The notes beneath the pieces were generated by a model. It saw nothing but the letters and a program-made list of their open reading frames with translations. It did not search any database and had not been told where the DNA came from. Below, piece after piece: positions 1-8,742 of a DNA stretch of 64,000 bases (its first letter is position 1; the number at the start of each line of letters is the position of its first letter). The stretch covers positions 47,744-111,743 of the forward strand of contig CASDOP010000004.1 in NCBI GenBank assembly GCA_949282385.1. Reading direction: 5' to 3'. The translations under genes were made by a program, and so were the position numbers. The DNA is from an uncultured Clostridia bacterium (GTDB lineage: Bacteria; Bacillota; Clostridia; Christensenellales; Borkfalkiaceae).

Positions 1-857
1 GCGGCGATGCGGTCGAGCATGCTCTGCCATTCCCTTAAATCTATCGTGCGGGGGTCGAGTTTGAGCCTTCTGCACACGATTTCGGAAAAATTGCTCTTTT
101 CGAGCATGGTGGGGCATTGATAGAGCACGGGCAGCGTTCTGTTCTCTATGCAGCATTCGGGTTCGACGTTGCAGAACATGGCAATCTTGTCCTTGACTTC
201 CTTGGGCATGGGAGCGTCAACGCGGGCGATAATAATATCGGGATTTATGCCCATTCCCTGAAGCTCCTTGACCGAGTGCTGGGTAGGTTTGGACTTGAAC
301 TCCTCCGAGCCGGAAATGTAGGGTACGAGGGTTACGTGAATGAAGCAGCAGTTGTCCCTGCCCACTTCGCGCGCAACCTGACGGATAGCCTCGATGAAAG
401 GCTGGCTCTCTATGTCGCCTATCGTGCCGCCTATTTCGGTTATTACCACGTCGGCTGACGTTGTGCTGCCGACGGAATATATGAACGATTTGATTTCGTT
501 TGTAATGTGGGGAATAATCTGAACGGTCTGACCGAGGTATTCGCCGTTGCGCTCCTTGTTGAGAACGTTCCAGTACACTTTGCCCGTGGTCAGGTTGGAA
601 TATTTATTCAGATTTTCGTCTATGAACCTCTCGTAATGACCGAGGTCGAGGTCGGTTTCCGCGCCGTCGTCGGTAACGAAAACTTCGCCGTGCTGATAGG
701 GGCTCATCGTGCCGGGGTCGATGTTGATATAGGGGTCGAGTTTCTGGGACGCAACCTTATAACCTCTGCACTTGAGCAGTCTGCCGAGCGAAGCCGCGGT
801 GATACCCTTGCCGAGACCCGATACTACGCCGCCCGTAACGAAAATGTACTTTGTCAT
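1..857 (-). CDS. pyrG: CTP synthase, N-terminal part (3' end of the gene lies beyond the left edge)
   Basis: Not in the ORF track because it is open to position 1. My reverse translation from the ATG (cat at 855-857) reads [35 protein letters not shown]...[36 protein letters not shown], the textbook CTP synthase N-terminus. The frame stays open to ...[19 protein letters not shown] at nt 3. Confidence 0.9.
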   Translation of the reverse strand, partial: MTKYIFVTGGVVSGLGKGITAASLGRLLKCRGYKVASQKLDPYINIDPGTMSPYQHGEVFVTDDGAETDLDLGHYERFIDENLNKYSNLTTGKVYWNVLNKERNGEYLGQTVQIIPHITNEIKSFIYSVGSTTSADVVITEIGGTIGDIESQPFIEAIRQVAREVGRDNCCFIHVTLVPYISGSEEFKSKPTQHSVKELQGMGINPDIIIARVDAPMPKEVKDKIAMFCNVEPECCIENRTLPVLYQCPTMLEKSNFSEIVCRRLKLDPRTIDLREWQSMLDRIA

Positions 858-1030
858 GATTACTCTCCTGTATGGCTGATTTTTCAGCATATTGTGCGGC
901 TATGCCGCCTTAAGACAGATTTTTTCTGTAGGAATTGTCTTTTTGTCCGCGCAGCCTTTTAAAGGCGCACAGTTTTAAATTATAAGCGCCGAAAGCGCAT
1001 TTTTGCCGTCCGAACAGATTTTTCGGTCGG

Positions 1031-1870
1031 TTAAATTTCTATTTCGCCGACGAAGACGAGCGTTGCGCCGCCTTCCATGAAGACCGTATCGTCGGTATAA
1101 GTTATAGTCAGGTTTCCGCCGCGAAGATGTACGGTTATGGGCGTATTTTTATCGGCATAGCCGTTTAAAACCGCCGCTACAGCCGTGGCGCACGCGCCAG
1201 TGCCGCATGCCCAGGTTTCGCCGCTGCCGCGCTCCCACACGCGCATTTTGAGTTCGTTGCGGCGTATGACGCGCACGAATTCGGTATTTATCCTCTTGGG
1301 GAAGAGCGGGCTGTTTTCATACAGCGGACCTATCTTTTCGAGGTCGAGTTCTTCGGGATTTTCAAACACCACGCAGTGGGGATTTCCCATGGAAACGAGC
1401 GTTACCCTGTGCTTTTCGCCTCCTATTTCCACCTCGCGGTCTATAACGCTTTCGCCGCCTAAAGTGCAGGGTATAAGCTCGGGCGCGAGAACCGCCGCGC
1501 CCATGTCAACCTTTGCCGAGGACACCTTGCCGTCCGAACCTATGTTGAACTCGAGCGTCTTTATGCCCGAGAGAGTTTCTATTGTGCAGCTTTCGCCCTT
1601 GACATAGCCGAGGTCATGGGCAAGTTTGCCCACGCAGCGTATGCCGTTGCCGCACATCATGCCTTCGGAGCCGTCGGCGTTGAACATGGACATTCTGCAG
1701 TCCGCAACGGTCGAGGGGCGCAGAAGAATGACGCCGTCGCCGCCTATCGAAAAGTGTCTGTCCGACAGTCTTTTGGCAAGTTCGGAAGGATTGGGAACGT
1801 CCTCTTTCATGCAATCGAAATAAATGTAATCGTTGCCTATGCCGTGCATTTTGTAAAACTTTCTGAGCAT
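1031..1870 (-). CDS. dapF: diaminopimelate epimerase
   Basis: 279 aa. MHGIGNDYIYFD, GNGIRCVGK and CGTGACA are the two catalytic-Cys motifs of DapF. Confidence 0.93.
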   Translation of the reverse strand: MLRKFYKMHGIGNDYIYFDCMKEDVPNPSELAKRLSDRHFSIGGDGVILLRPSTVADCRMSMFNADGSEGMMCGNGIRCVGKLAHDLGYVKGESCTIETLSGIKTLEFNIGSDGKVSSAKVDMGAAVLAPELIPCTLGGESVIDREVEIGGEKHRVTLVSMGNPHCVVFENPEELDLEKIGPLYENSPLFPKRINTEFVRVIRRNELKMRVWERGSGETWACGTGACATAVAAVLNGYADKNTPITVHLRGGNLTITYTDDTVFMEGGATLVFVGEIEI

Positions 1871-1900
1871 GTAAACACCAATAAAAATTTATTCCTTTAT

Positions 1901-1929
1901 ACTATATCACACCGCAGTTAATTTTGCAA
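1901..1929 (-). promoter_or_regulatory. sigma-A type promoter of dapF (TTGCAA-N17-TATAGT)
   Basis: Minus strand reads TTGCAA (1929-1924), an exact 17-nt spacer, then TATAGT (1906-1901). This is about 30 nt upstream of the dapF ATG. Confidence 0.5.
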
Positions 1930-1935
1930 GTAAAA

Positions 1936-1957
1936 GCCGCGGCGAAAACGCCGCGGC
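1936..1957 (-). terminator. rho-independent terminator ending the glutamate synthase operon
   Basis: GCCGCGGCG-AAAA-CGCCGCGGC 9-bp stem, followed on the minus strand by TTTTAC. It lies 17 nt after the stop of the GXGXG gene. Confidence 0.7.
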
Positions 1958-1973
1958 GGTTAATTTGTATTTT

Positions 1974-2702
1974 TCAGTTATCCGTGTACATCTGCTTGTA
2001 GGGATTTGCGCTGTCGGGAGTAAGCACCGTAAAGTCGGCTTTAAGCAACTTTTCAGCGTCAAATTCGGGGAAATAAGAGCAATAATCCCTGATTATCTCT
2101 GCAAGTTCGGGAATGTCTTCGCCGTAGCACACCTTTGCGGCTATCTGCGAAGGAATTTTGTGCGGAAGCGAAGAACAGCGCAGATACATGACCCCGCCGT
2201 GCATGCCCGTGCCGCAGAAGTTGTTTATGATGGGCAGACCGTCCTCGTTCTGACCGAGCACGACTATTATTCCGCCCGCCTGATACTCGCCGAGGAAAGA
2301 ACCCGCTCTTCCGCCGACGACTATTACGGGGCGAAGGTCCTTGTAAGCCTTCATGTGAATGCCCGCGCGGTAGCCCGTGTTGCCCTTTATATAAATCGCT
2401 CCGCCGCGCATGGCATAGCCCGTGGCGTCGCCCGAGTTGCCGTGAATTATAATTCTTCCGCAGTTCATCGTGTCGCCCGTGGCATCCTGCGCGTTGCCGT
2501 TTATTATTACGTCGCAACCGTTGAGATATGCGCCGAGGGCATTGCCGGGAGTGCCGTTTACAATTATTTTTTTGCCCGAAAGTCCCGTGGCTATATAGCG
2601 CTGACCTATACAGCCGTTGACGACGACTTCGTCGTCCGCGCTGTCACGTATTTTTTTGTTAAGCGCCTGAAAATGCACGTTTTCGTCTATATCGATGACC
2701 AT
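1974..2702 (-). CDS. glutamate synthase GXGXG-domain subunit (stand-alone GltB C-terminal domain)
   Basis: 242 aa with reiterated G-x-G-x-G beta-helix strands (GTPGNALGAYLNG, HGNSGDATGYAMRGG, GNTGYRAGIHM, GGRAGSFLGEYQAGG). Confidence 0.85.
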   Translation of the reverse strand: MVIDIDENVHFQALNKKIRDSADDEVVVNGCIGQRYIATGLSGKKIIVNGTPGNALGAYLNGCDVIINGNAQDATGDTMNCGRIIIHGNSGDATGYAMRGGAIYIKGNTGYRAGIHMKAYKDLRPVIVVGGRAGSFLGEYQAGGIIVVLGQNEDGLPIINNFCGTGMHGGVMYLRCSSLPHKIPSQIAAKVCYGEDIPELAEIIRDYCSYFPEFDAEKLLKADFTVLTPDSANPYKQMYTDN

Positions 2703-2705
2703 AAT

Positions 2706-3938
2706 TCAAACCTTTTTTGCAAGTTTAGTTTTGCGCGCCGCAAGGGGATACGCTATGAGCTGAGGTGCGTTCTTGAGAATGTCAAAATCAACCGTTCCGA
2801 GGTCGATTTTGTCGCGCACGAGCTGTGTATATATTCCCGCGCAAAGGAAATCGTTGATGAGTATGAAGCCGCAAAACTTTCCGTCTTTTACGAACAGCTT
2901 TTTGTACTTATCCCCCTCAATATGGCTTATGCACTGACCTTCGTACACGCCGGCGGTAAGTATGTGAGAGCCGAAAAAGCCTATGGCGTTCATGGGTATT
3001 GCGTTAGTCTGTTCGGCGTTGCCGCCCGCCATGTTTATGCCCGCAACTTTGCCCTGAAAATATGCGTTGGGAAGGAGCGCGAGTATTCTTTTCGTTCCCG
3101 TAGAGCTGTCAAACCCCTCTGCGCAGTCGCCCGCGCTGTATATGTCTTTGAGCGAGGTGTGCATGCCCGTATCCACGACTATGCCGCGATTGACTTCGCC
3201 TCCCGCCTCCTTTACAAGTTCGGTGTTTGGTCTTACGCCCACGGCTATCACGAGTATGTCGAAGGCAATCTGCAGTCCGCTGTTTTTGAGTACCGCCATC
3301 TTGCCTTCGAAGCGCGAAACGCAGTCGTTGAGAATAAATCTTACGCCCTCCGCCTCGAGCTGTTTCTGTATGATCGAAGCGCCCTCCGCGTCCAGAATGG
3401 ACGGGAGAATTCTGTCTGCGAGGTCGACTACCGTCACGCTGCCGACGCGCTTTAAAATTCCTTCGACGCACTTAAGTCCGATAAGTCCCGCGCCGATGAC
3501 TAACACTTTTTTCTTGGGAGAAATGGCTTTATCGAGCGCGTCCATGTCGTCGTAAGTCATGAACGAGTATGCGTTTTTAACGCTTTCCAACCCGTCCATG
3601 GGAGGAACGAAGGGGCGGGACCCGGTGGCGACGAGCAACTTGTCGTAAGGCACTTTTTTGCCGCTTTTAAGCAGCACCGTTTTGCTCTCGCCGTCTATTT
3701 TTACCGCCCTCTCGCCGAGCATAAGGGCGACGTTGTTCTTTTCGTAAAAGTCGTCCGGGCGATACTTCATGTTCTCGCGCGAAGTCGCACCCATCAGGCA
3801 GTAAGAAATAGTCGGTCTGCCGTAGCAGTGGTGCTTTTCGTCCGAAATTATCGTTATTCTGCCTTCGCCGTCCGCGGTGCGAATGCCTTCGACGCAGGCG
3901 ACGGCGGCAGTAGAATTACCTATTATAACATATTCCAT
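2706..3938 (-). CDS. FAD/NAD(P)-dependent pyridine-nucleotide oxidoreductase, presumed electron-input subunit of the split glutamate synthase
   Basis: 410 aa with two dinucleotide folds (YVIIGNSTAAVACVEG; VLVIGAGLIGLKCVEG). 1-nt gap to the ferredoxin gene and 3-nt gap to the GXGXG gene. Confidence 0.82.
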   Translation of the reverse strand: MEYVIIGNSTAAVACVEGIRTADGEGRITIISDEKHHCYGRPTISYCLMGATSRENMKYRPDDFYEKNNVALMLGERAVKIDGESKTVLLKSGKKVPYDKLLVATGSRPFVPPMDGLESVKNAYSFMTYDDMDALDKAISPKKKVLVIGAGLIGLKCVEGILKRVGSVTVVDLADRILPSILDAEGASIIQKQLEAEGVRFILNDCVSRFEGKMAVLKNSGLQIAFDILVIAVGVRPNTELVKEAGGEVNRGIVVDTGMHTSLKDIYSAGDCAEGFDSSTGTKRILALLPNAYFQGKVAGINMAGGNAEQTNAIPMNAIGFFGSHILTAGVYEGQCISHIEGDKYKKLFVKDGKFCGFILINDFLCAGIYTQLVRDKIDLGTVDFDILKNAPQLIAYPLAARKTKLAKKV

Positions 3939-3939
3939 A

Positions 3940-4386
3940 TCAGTCGCGCTCCTCGTAAACTATGGCTTTGTTGGGGCAATGCTTTACGCAGTTGGGCTCG
4001 CCGAAGGAGTTATCCGTGCAGAGCATGCACTTCTGCGCCGTCTTGCCGTCGGGAGCGGGCATTATTGCGCCGAACGGGCAGACGAGCACGCAGGTATAGC
4101 AGCCCACGCATTTGTTTTTATCTATGCAAACCATTCCGTCGCCGTCGCGGGTAAGAGCGCCAGCTATACAGCTCTGAACGCATATCGCGCCCGTGCAGTG
4201 GCGACAGTTGACGGCAAAATGTACGGGCGAATTATCGTCGCCTTCCACTCTTATTCTGGGAACGAACTCCTTGGTTCTTCCCTTGAGTTTGAACATCTCG
4301 TCCAGCCCGGAATTGGCATACATGCATTCGTATTCGCACAGATGACACCCGAGGCACCATTCTTCGTTTACATAAATTCTCTTCAT
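3940..4386 (-). CDS. 4Fe-4S dicluster ferredoxin-domain protein
   Basis: 148 aa with Cys clusters CLGCHLCEYEC, CRHCTGAICVQSC and CVGCYTCVLVCP, plus C-terminal CMLC...C...C. Confidence 0.85.
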   Translation of the reverse strand: MKRIYVNEEWCLGCHLCEYECMYANSGLDEMFKLKGRTKEFVPRIRVEGDDNSPVHFAVNCRHCTGAICVQSCIAGALTRDGDGMVCIDKNKCVGCYTCVLVCPFGAIMPAPDGKTAQKCMLCTDNSFGEPNCVKHCPNKAIVYEERD

Positions 4387-4440
4387 TTCTGCTCCGCGCG
4401 CAGCTTTGCAAAAAGCGCGTTTTTATATGAAATTATTTTT

Positions 4441-5721
4441 TTAGTCCATTATTATGCAGGCATCGCGCTCGGCGCCGACCGAGACGTACTTAATCTTGCA
4501 TCCGCACAGCTTTTCGAGCAGGTGAATGTAGTCGATTGCCTCCTTGGGAAGGTCGGAAGCCTTGCGGCAACCCGATATGTCGCAGTGCCAGCCCTTTACT
4601 TTTTCAAATACGGGTTCGCACATGTCGAGGACGTCCGTGAAGGGGAAATCGTCTATTATTTTGCCGTTGAGCTTGTAATGCGTGCAGATTTCAATCTCTT
4701 CGTAGTCGTCGAGAATATCCAGCTTTGTGAGGGCGATTTCGTCCGCGCCCTGGCACATTATGCCGTAGCGCGAAGCGACGACGTCGAAGGGACCTACTCT
4801 TCTCGGTCTGCCAGTCGCAGCGCCGTATTCGCCGCCGAGTTCTCTCAGTCTTTCGGCGTCCTTGCCGAAATATTCGCAGGTGAAAGGTCCTGCGCCCACG
4901 CAGCTCGAATAAGCCTTCATTATGCCTATGGACTTATCGAGTTTGAGGTTGGGAACGCCCGCGCCGATGGGAGCGTATGCAGCTATCGTAGAGGACGACG
5001 AGGTATAGGGAACTATGCCGTAGTCTATATCTCTGAGCGCGCCGAGCTGGGCTTCGAACATAATCTTTTTGCCCTCGGCGTGAGCCTTGTTGAGATAGAG
5101 ACCCGTATCTATGATATAGTCCTTGAAAACCAGACCGTACTCTTCAAAGTAAGCCTTCATGTCCTCGACCTTTACGGGTTCGAAGCCGTAGGCTTTGATT
5201 GTCATGTTCTTCCAGTCAACGATGTCGGGAAGGCGCTTATATAAAAGTTCGGGGTTTAAAAGTTCGCCCATGCGGAAGGCTTTTTTGAGATATTTGTCCG
5301 CATATACGGGCGCAATGCCGCGGCGGGTAGAACCGTAAGGTTTGCCCGTAGCCTTGGTAAGTCTGTCCTCTTCCATTACGTCCTGAAGAACGTTATATGG
5401 CATGGTGATAATCGCCTTATCGGAAATTTTAAGGTTTTCGGGCGTAATTTTAATGCCGCCTTCCCTCAGTTTGGCGATTTCGCCGCAGAGGTGCTTTATG
5501 TCGATTACCATGCCGGGTCCCAGCACGTTTACTACGTTTTCGCGCAGTATGCCCGAAGGAAGCAGGTTGAGGATGAATTTACCCTTGTCGTTGATGACGG
5601 TATGACCTGCATTGTTGCCGCCCTGATAACGGCAGACGATGTCGTAGTCGCGCGAAAGCAGGTCAACCATCCTGCCCTTGCCTTCGTCGCCCCAGTTGAT
5701 ACCACAGATACTTGTTAACAT
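4441..5721 (-). CDS. purA: adenylosuccinate synthase (divergent N-terminus)
   Basis: 426 aa with NWGDEGKGRMVD P-loop, YQGGNNAGHT, GSTRRGIAPVY, EAQLGALRDIDYGIVPYTSSS, KAYSSCVGAGPF, GAATGRPRR and TKLD. All canonical PurA blocks are recognisable. Confidence 0.88.
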   Translation of the reverse strand: MLTSICGINWGDEGKGRMVDLLSRDYDIVCRYQGGNNAGHTVINDKGKFILNLLPSGILRENVVNVLGPGMVIDIKHLCGEIAKLREGGIKITPENLKISDKAIITMPYNVLQDVMEEDRLTKATGKPYGSTRRGIAPVYADKYLKKAFRMGELLNPELLYKRLPDIVDWKNMTIKAYGFEPVKVEDMKAYFEEYGLVFKDYIIDTGLYLNKAHAEGKKIMFEAQLGALRDIDYGIVPYTSSSSTIAAYAPIGAGVPNLKLDKSIGIMKAYSSCVGAGPFTCEYFGKDAERLRELGGEYGAATGRPRRVGPFDVVASRYGIMCQGADEIALTKLDILDDYEEIEICTHYKLNGKIIDDFPFTDVLDMCEPVFEKVKGWHCDISGCRKASDLPKEAIDYIHLLEKLCGCKIKYVSVGAERDACIIMD

Positions 5722-5796
5722 AGGCTTTTATTTCCTTAAAAAAATTATATTATAGCCCGGCAGCGGCTCTCTTTCGCGCCGGAATATTTGCTTTTA

Positions 5797-7305
5797 TTAC
5801 ATGCTCTCCCCGGCGTGATGTATGCCGAGTATTTTAAGTTCGGTTTCGTTAAGTCCCACTCCGCGGAGCATAAGTCTGTTGCCGCGCAGAGCTTCTATCG
5901 AGTTGATGCCCATTCCGCCCATCATCTCCTGAATTTCGTGCGTCCACGCCGTAACGAGATTGACGAGCCTCCTCGCGCCCTCGTCGGGGTTGAGCCTCTT
6001 TACGAGGTCGGCGCGCTGGGTGGCTATGCCCCAGTTGCACTTGCCCGTATGACAGCTTCTGCAGAGATGACATCCGAGCGCGAGCAGCGCCGCCGTGCCG
6101 ATATAGCACGCGTCCGCGCCGAGCGCGATTGCCTTTACCACGTCTGCCGCAGAATGAATTGACCCCGCAACGACTACGGACACGCTGTCGCGTATTCCTT
6201 CCTGACGAAGGCGTTCGTCGACCTGCGCGAGCGCAAGTTCTATAGGGATGCCGACGTTGTCGCGTATTCTCGTGGGAGCGGCGCCCGTGCCGCCGCGGAA
6301 ACCGTCTATCGCGATGATATCCGCGCCCGAACGGGCTATGCCCGAAGCTATTGCCGCAACGTTGTGAACGGCGGCGACCTTAACTATTACGGGCTTTGTG
6401 TATGCCGTTGCCTCCTTGAGCGTATATATGAGCTGACGGAGGTCTTCAATGGAGTAAATGTCGTGATGGGGTGCGGGCGAAATCGCGTCTATGCCCTTGG
6501 GTATCATGCGGGTTGCAGATACCTCGTCCGAAATTTTCATTCCGGGCAGATGTCCGCCTATGCCGGGCTTTGCGCCCTGTCCCATCTTGATTTCTATCGC
6601 CGAGGCAGCCTTGAGGTATTCCTCGTGAACGCCGAAACGCCCCGAAGCGACCTGAACTATCGTGTTTTTGCTGTATTTGTAGAAGTCGCGGTGCAGACCG
6701 CCCTCGCCCGTGTTGTAGAATATTCCCAGCTCTTCCGCCGCGCGGGCAAGGCTCGCGTGCGCGTTATAGGATATAGAGCCGTAGCTCATTGCCGAAAACA
6801 TTATGGGCGTAGTAAGTTTGAGCTGCGGTGGCAGGGTGTCGATAAGTCTGCCCTGCTTGTCCCTCTTTATCTCCACATCCTTTTTGCCGAGATAAACGGT
6901 GGTTTCCATCGGCTCTCTGAGCGGGTCTATGGGAGGGTTGGTAACCTGCGACGCGTTGACTAAAATTTTGTTGAAATATATGGGGTAATCGTTGGGATTG
7001 CCCATGGACGACAGCAGCACGCCGCCCGAATTTGCCTGGCGGTAAACTTCGTTCATCGTCTGCACCGACCAGTTTGCGTTGATGCGGTATGTGTCGTCGC
7101 TCTTTACAATCTTGAGCGCATGCGTGGGGCAAAGGCACACGCAGCGGTGGCAGTTTACGCACTTTGTGGAATCGGCAATCATTTTGCCGAGGTCTGCGTC
7201 GTATTTATGAACGCCGTTCGCGCACTGCCTTTCGCACACGCGGCAACCTATGCACAACTCGGGAGTGCGCACTACTTCGTATTCCGCGGGAATAAAAGTA
7301 TCCAT
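5797..7305 (-). CDS. glutamate synthase FMN-binding subunit with N-terminal 2x[4Fe-4S] domain
   Basis: 502 aa. CIGCRVCERQC and CVNCHRCVCLCP, then NTGEGG, QGAKPGIGGHLPG, DGFRGGTGAAP and the Cys-rich CHLCRSCHTGKC. Its ATG overlaps the stop of the upstream gene (TGATG). Confidence 0.9.
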   Translation of the reverse strand: MDTFIPAEYEVVRTPELCIGCRVCERQCANGVHKYDADLGKMIADSTKCVNCHRCVCLCPTHALKIVKSDDTYRINANWSVQTMNEVYRQANSGGVLLSSMGNPNDYPIYFNKILVNASQVTNPPIDPLREPMETTVYLGKKDVEIKRDKQGRLIDTLPPQLKLTTPIMFSAMSYGSISYNAHASLARAAEELGIFYNTGEGGLHRDFYKYSKNTIVQVASGRFGVHEEYLKAASAIEIKMGQGAKPGIGGHLPGMKISDEVSATRMIPKGIDAISPAPHHDIYSIEDLRQLIYTLKEATAYTKPVIVKVAAVHNVAAIASGIARSGADIIAIDGFRGGTGAAPTRIRDNVGIPIELALAQVDERLRQEGIRDSVSVVVAGSIHSAADVVKAIALGADACYIGTAALLALGCHLCRSCHTGKCNWGIATQRADLVKRLNPDEGARRLVNLVTAWTHEIQEMMGGMGINSIEALRGNRLMLRGVGLNETELKILGIHHAGESM

Positions 7306-8432
7306 CAGAGCGAGCCTCCTTCGTTGAGCGTATAAATTACGGGCTGACCGCCCGCGGGCGAGTAAATTTTGTCAAGTTCGGGCGCGATGACCCTTATGCC
7401 GCATTCCTCGGAAGAAACGAAGGCGAGATCACCCTTTTCCGCGCACACCATGGAGCGCAGTTTAAGCCTGTCGTTGAGCGCCATTATTCCGCCGCTGAAG
7501 CCGAAAATTATGGAGAAGGGTCCGTTTATTAAAAGCGACGGGAAAGCCTTGCGCAGGAAAATTTCCTGCTGTCTTTCTTCCTCGCTCTTTTCCTCTATCG
7601 TCGACCAGAAGGATGCGGAAATGACCTTTGCAATCTCCTGCAAAGTCAGCTTTTTTACCCTTATGAGGTAATCGATTATGTAGGTTATTACCTCGGTGTC
7701 CGTCTGAAGCGAACACTTGTAGCCGAACATTTCTATATACCGCCTGTTAGCGTCGTAGGAAGAAATTTCTCCGTTGTGAACTATGGAATAGTCGAGCAGT
7801 CCGAAAGGATGCGCGCCGCCCCACCAGCCGGGGGTGTTAGTGGGGTATCTGCCGTGGCTCGTCCAGGCATAGCCTTCGTATTCCTCGTCGAGGAGATAGA
7901 ACCTGCCTATGTCCTCGGGATAACCTACGCCCTTGAATATACCCATATTTTTGCCGCTAGAAAAGACGAAAGCGCCGTTAATTTCGGCATTGATTTTGTT
8001 TACGCACTTTACGACGTACTGCTCCTCGTCGAGCAGCGAATTTGCCAGCCTCTTGGAAAGGGGATACAAAAAGTAACGGTAAATTACGGGCTCGTTGGTT
8101 ATGCCCTTTGTCTTGCGCGTCTTCATTTCCGAAGAGTAGACAATTTCAAAGTGAGTTAAAAGGAATTCTTCCGTATCTTTCTTGCTCTGATAGTCGTTGT
8201 AGAACATGTGAAAGGCGTAATATTCCTTGTAGTCGGGATAAATTCCGTAACCAGCGAAACCGCCGCCCAGTCCGTTGGAACGGTCGTGCATGGTGGCAAT
8301 AGAACGGATGATTTTTTCGCCCGTCATCCTCTTGCCGCTTCTGTCTATTATCGCGCTGACCGCGCAGCCAGAAGGTATTCTCACCTCGCCTTCGAGAGGC
8401 GCTCTTTTTACATTCATGTCGTTAAAATACAT
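7305..8432 (-). CDS. class II (Ntn) glutamine amidotransferase subunit of split glutamate synthase
   Basis: PSGCAVSAI (catalytic Cys after a short propeptide), HGRYPTNTPG, VHNGEISSYDANRRY. I prefer the ATG at 8432 (MYFNDMNVKR...) because GGAGAC lies 5 nt upstream. The ORF track extends to 8477. Confidence 0.85.
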   Translation of the reverse strand: MYFNDMNVKRAPLEGEVRIPSGCAVSAIIDRSGKRMTGEKIIRSIATMHDRSNGLGGGFAGYGIYPDYKEYYAFHMFYNDYQSKKDTEEFLLTHFEIVYSSEMKTRKTKGITNEPVIYRYFLYPLSKRLANSLLDEEQYVVKCVNKINAEINGAFVFSSGKNMGIFKGVGYPEDIGRFYLLDEEYEGYAWTSHGRYPTNTPGWWGGAHPFGLLDYSIVHNGEISSYDANRRYIEMFGYKCSLQTDTEVITYIIDYLIRVKKLTLQEIAKVISASFWSTIEEKSEEERQQEIFLRKAFPSLLINGPFSIIFGFSGGIMALNDRLKLRSMVCAEKGDLAFVSSEECGIRVIAPELDKIYSPAGGQPVIYTLNEGGSL

Positions 8433-8521
8433 TGCTCGTCTCCATAGTGCGCGCACGCTCTTGGGCACACCCGGCAAACCGTTCGTGCGCCGTCCGCCGC
8501 GCTTGGGCTTTTGACTTCATT

Positions 8522-8550
8522 ATTATAGAATAAATACCCACTTTAGTCAA
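8522..8550 (-). promoter_or_regulatory. sigma-A promoter of the glutamate synthase operon (TTGACT-N17-TATAAT)
   Basis: Minus strand: TTGACT (8550-8545), the 17-nt spacer aaagtgggtatttattc, TATAAT (8527-8522). This leaves a leader of about 80 nt to the ATG at 8432. Confidence 0.65.
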
Positions 8551-8613
8551 GCGTAAAGAAAGCCGCGCCGTAAGGTTATGCCCCCTTTTCGCTTTCGTAT
8601 ATATGATATAAAA

Positions 8614-8630
8614 TATAAGCTGCGCTTATA
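8614..8630. promoter_or_regulatory. palindromic candidate operator TATAAGC-TGC-GCTTATA
   Basis: Perfect 7-bp arms with a 3-bp spacer. Its centre is 72 bp from the upstream edge of the -35. A near-identical site lies at 15812-15830. Confidence 0.5.
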
Positions 8631-8686
8631 AATTGCTCGGTTGCGCATATAACCTACCGAACAACCGAACCGCGCAAACAAAAAAA

Positions 8687-8708
8687 GGCGCAACCGAGCG
8701 GTTGCACC
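8687..8708 (-). terminator. rho-independent terminator after the ClC gene
   Basis: Minus strand GGTGCAACC-GCTC-GGTTGCGCC followed by TTTTTTTGTTTG. It lies 35 nt after the ClC stop. Confidence 0.7.
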
Positions 8709-8742
8709 TTTTTATTTCTTTTTGAATTTTTAAGTTGTTTTA

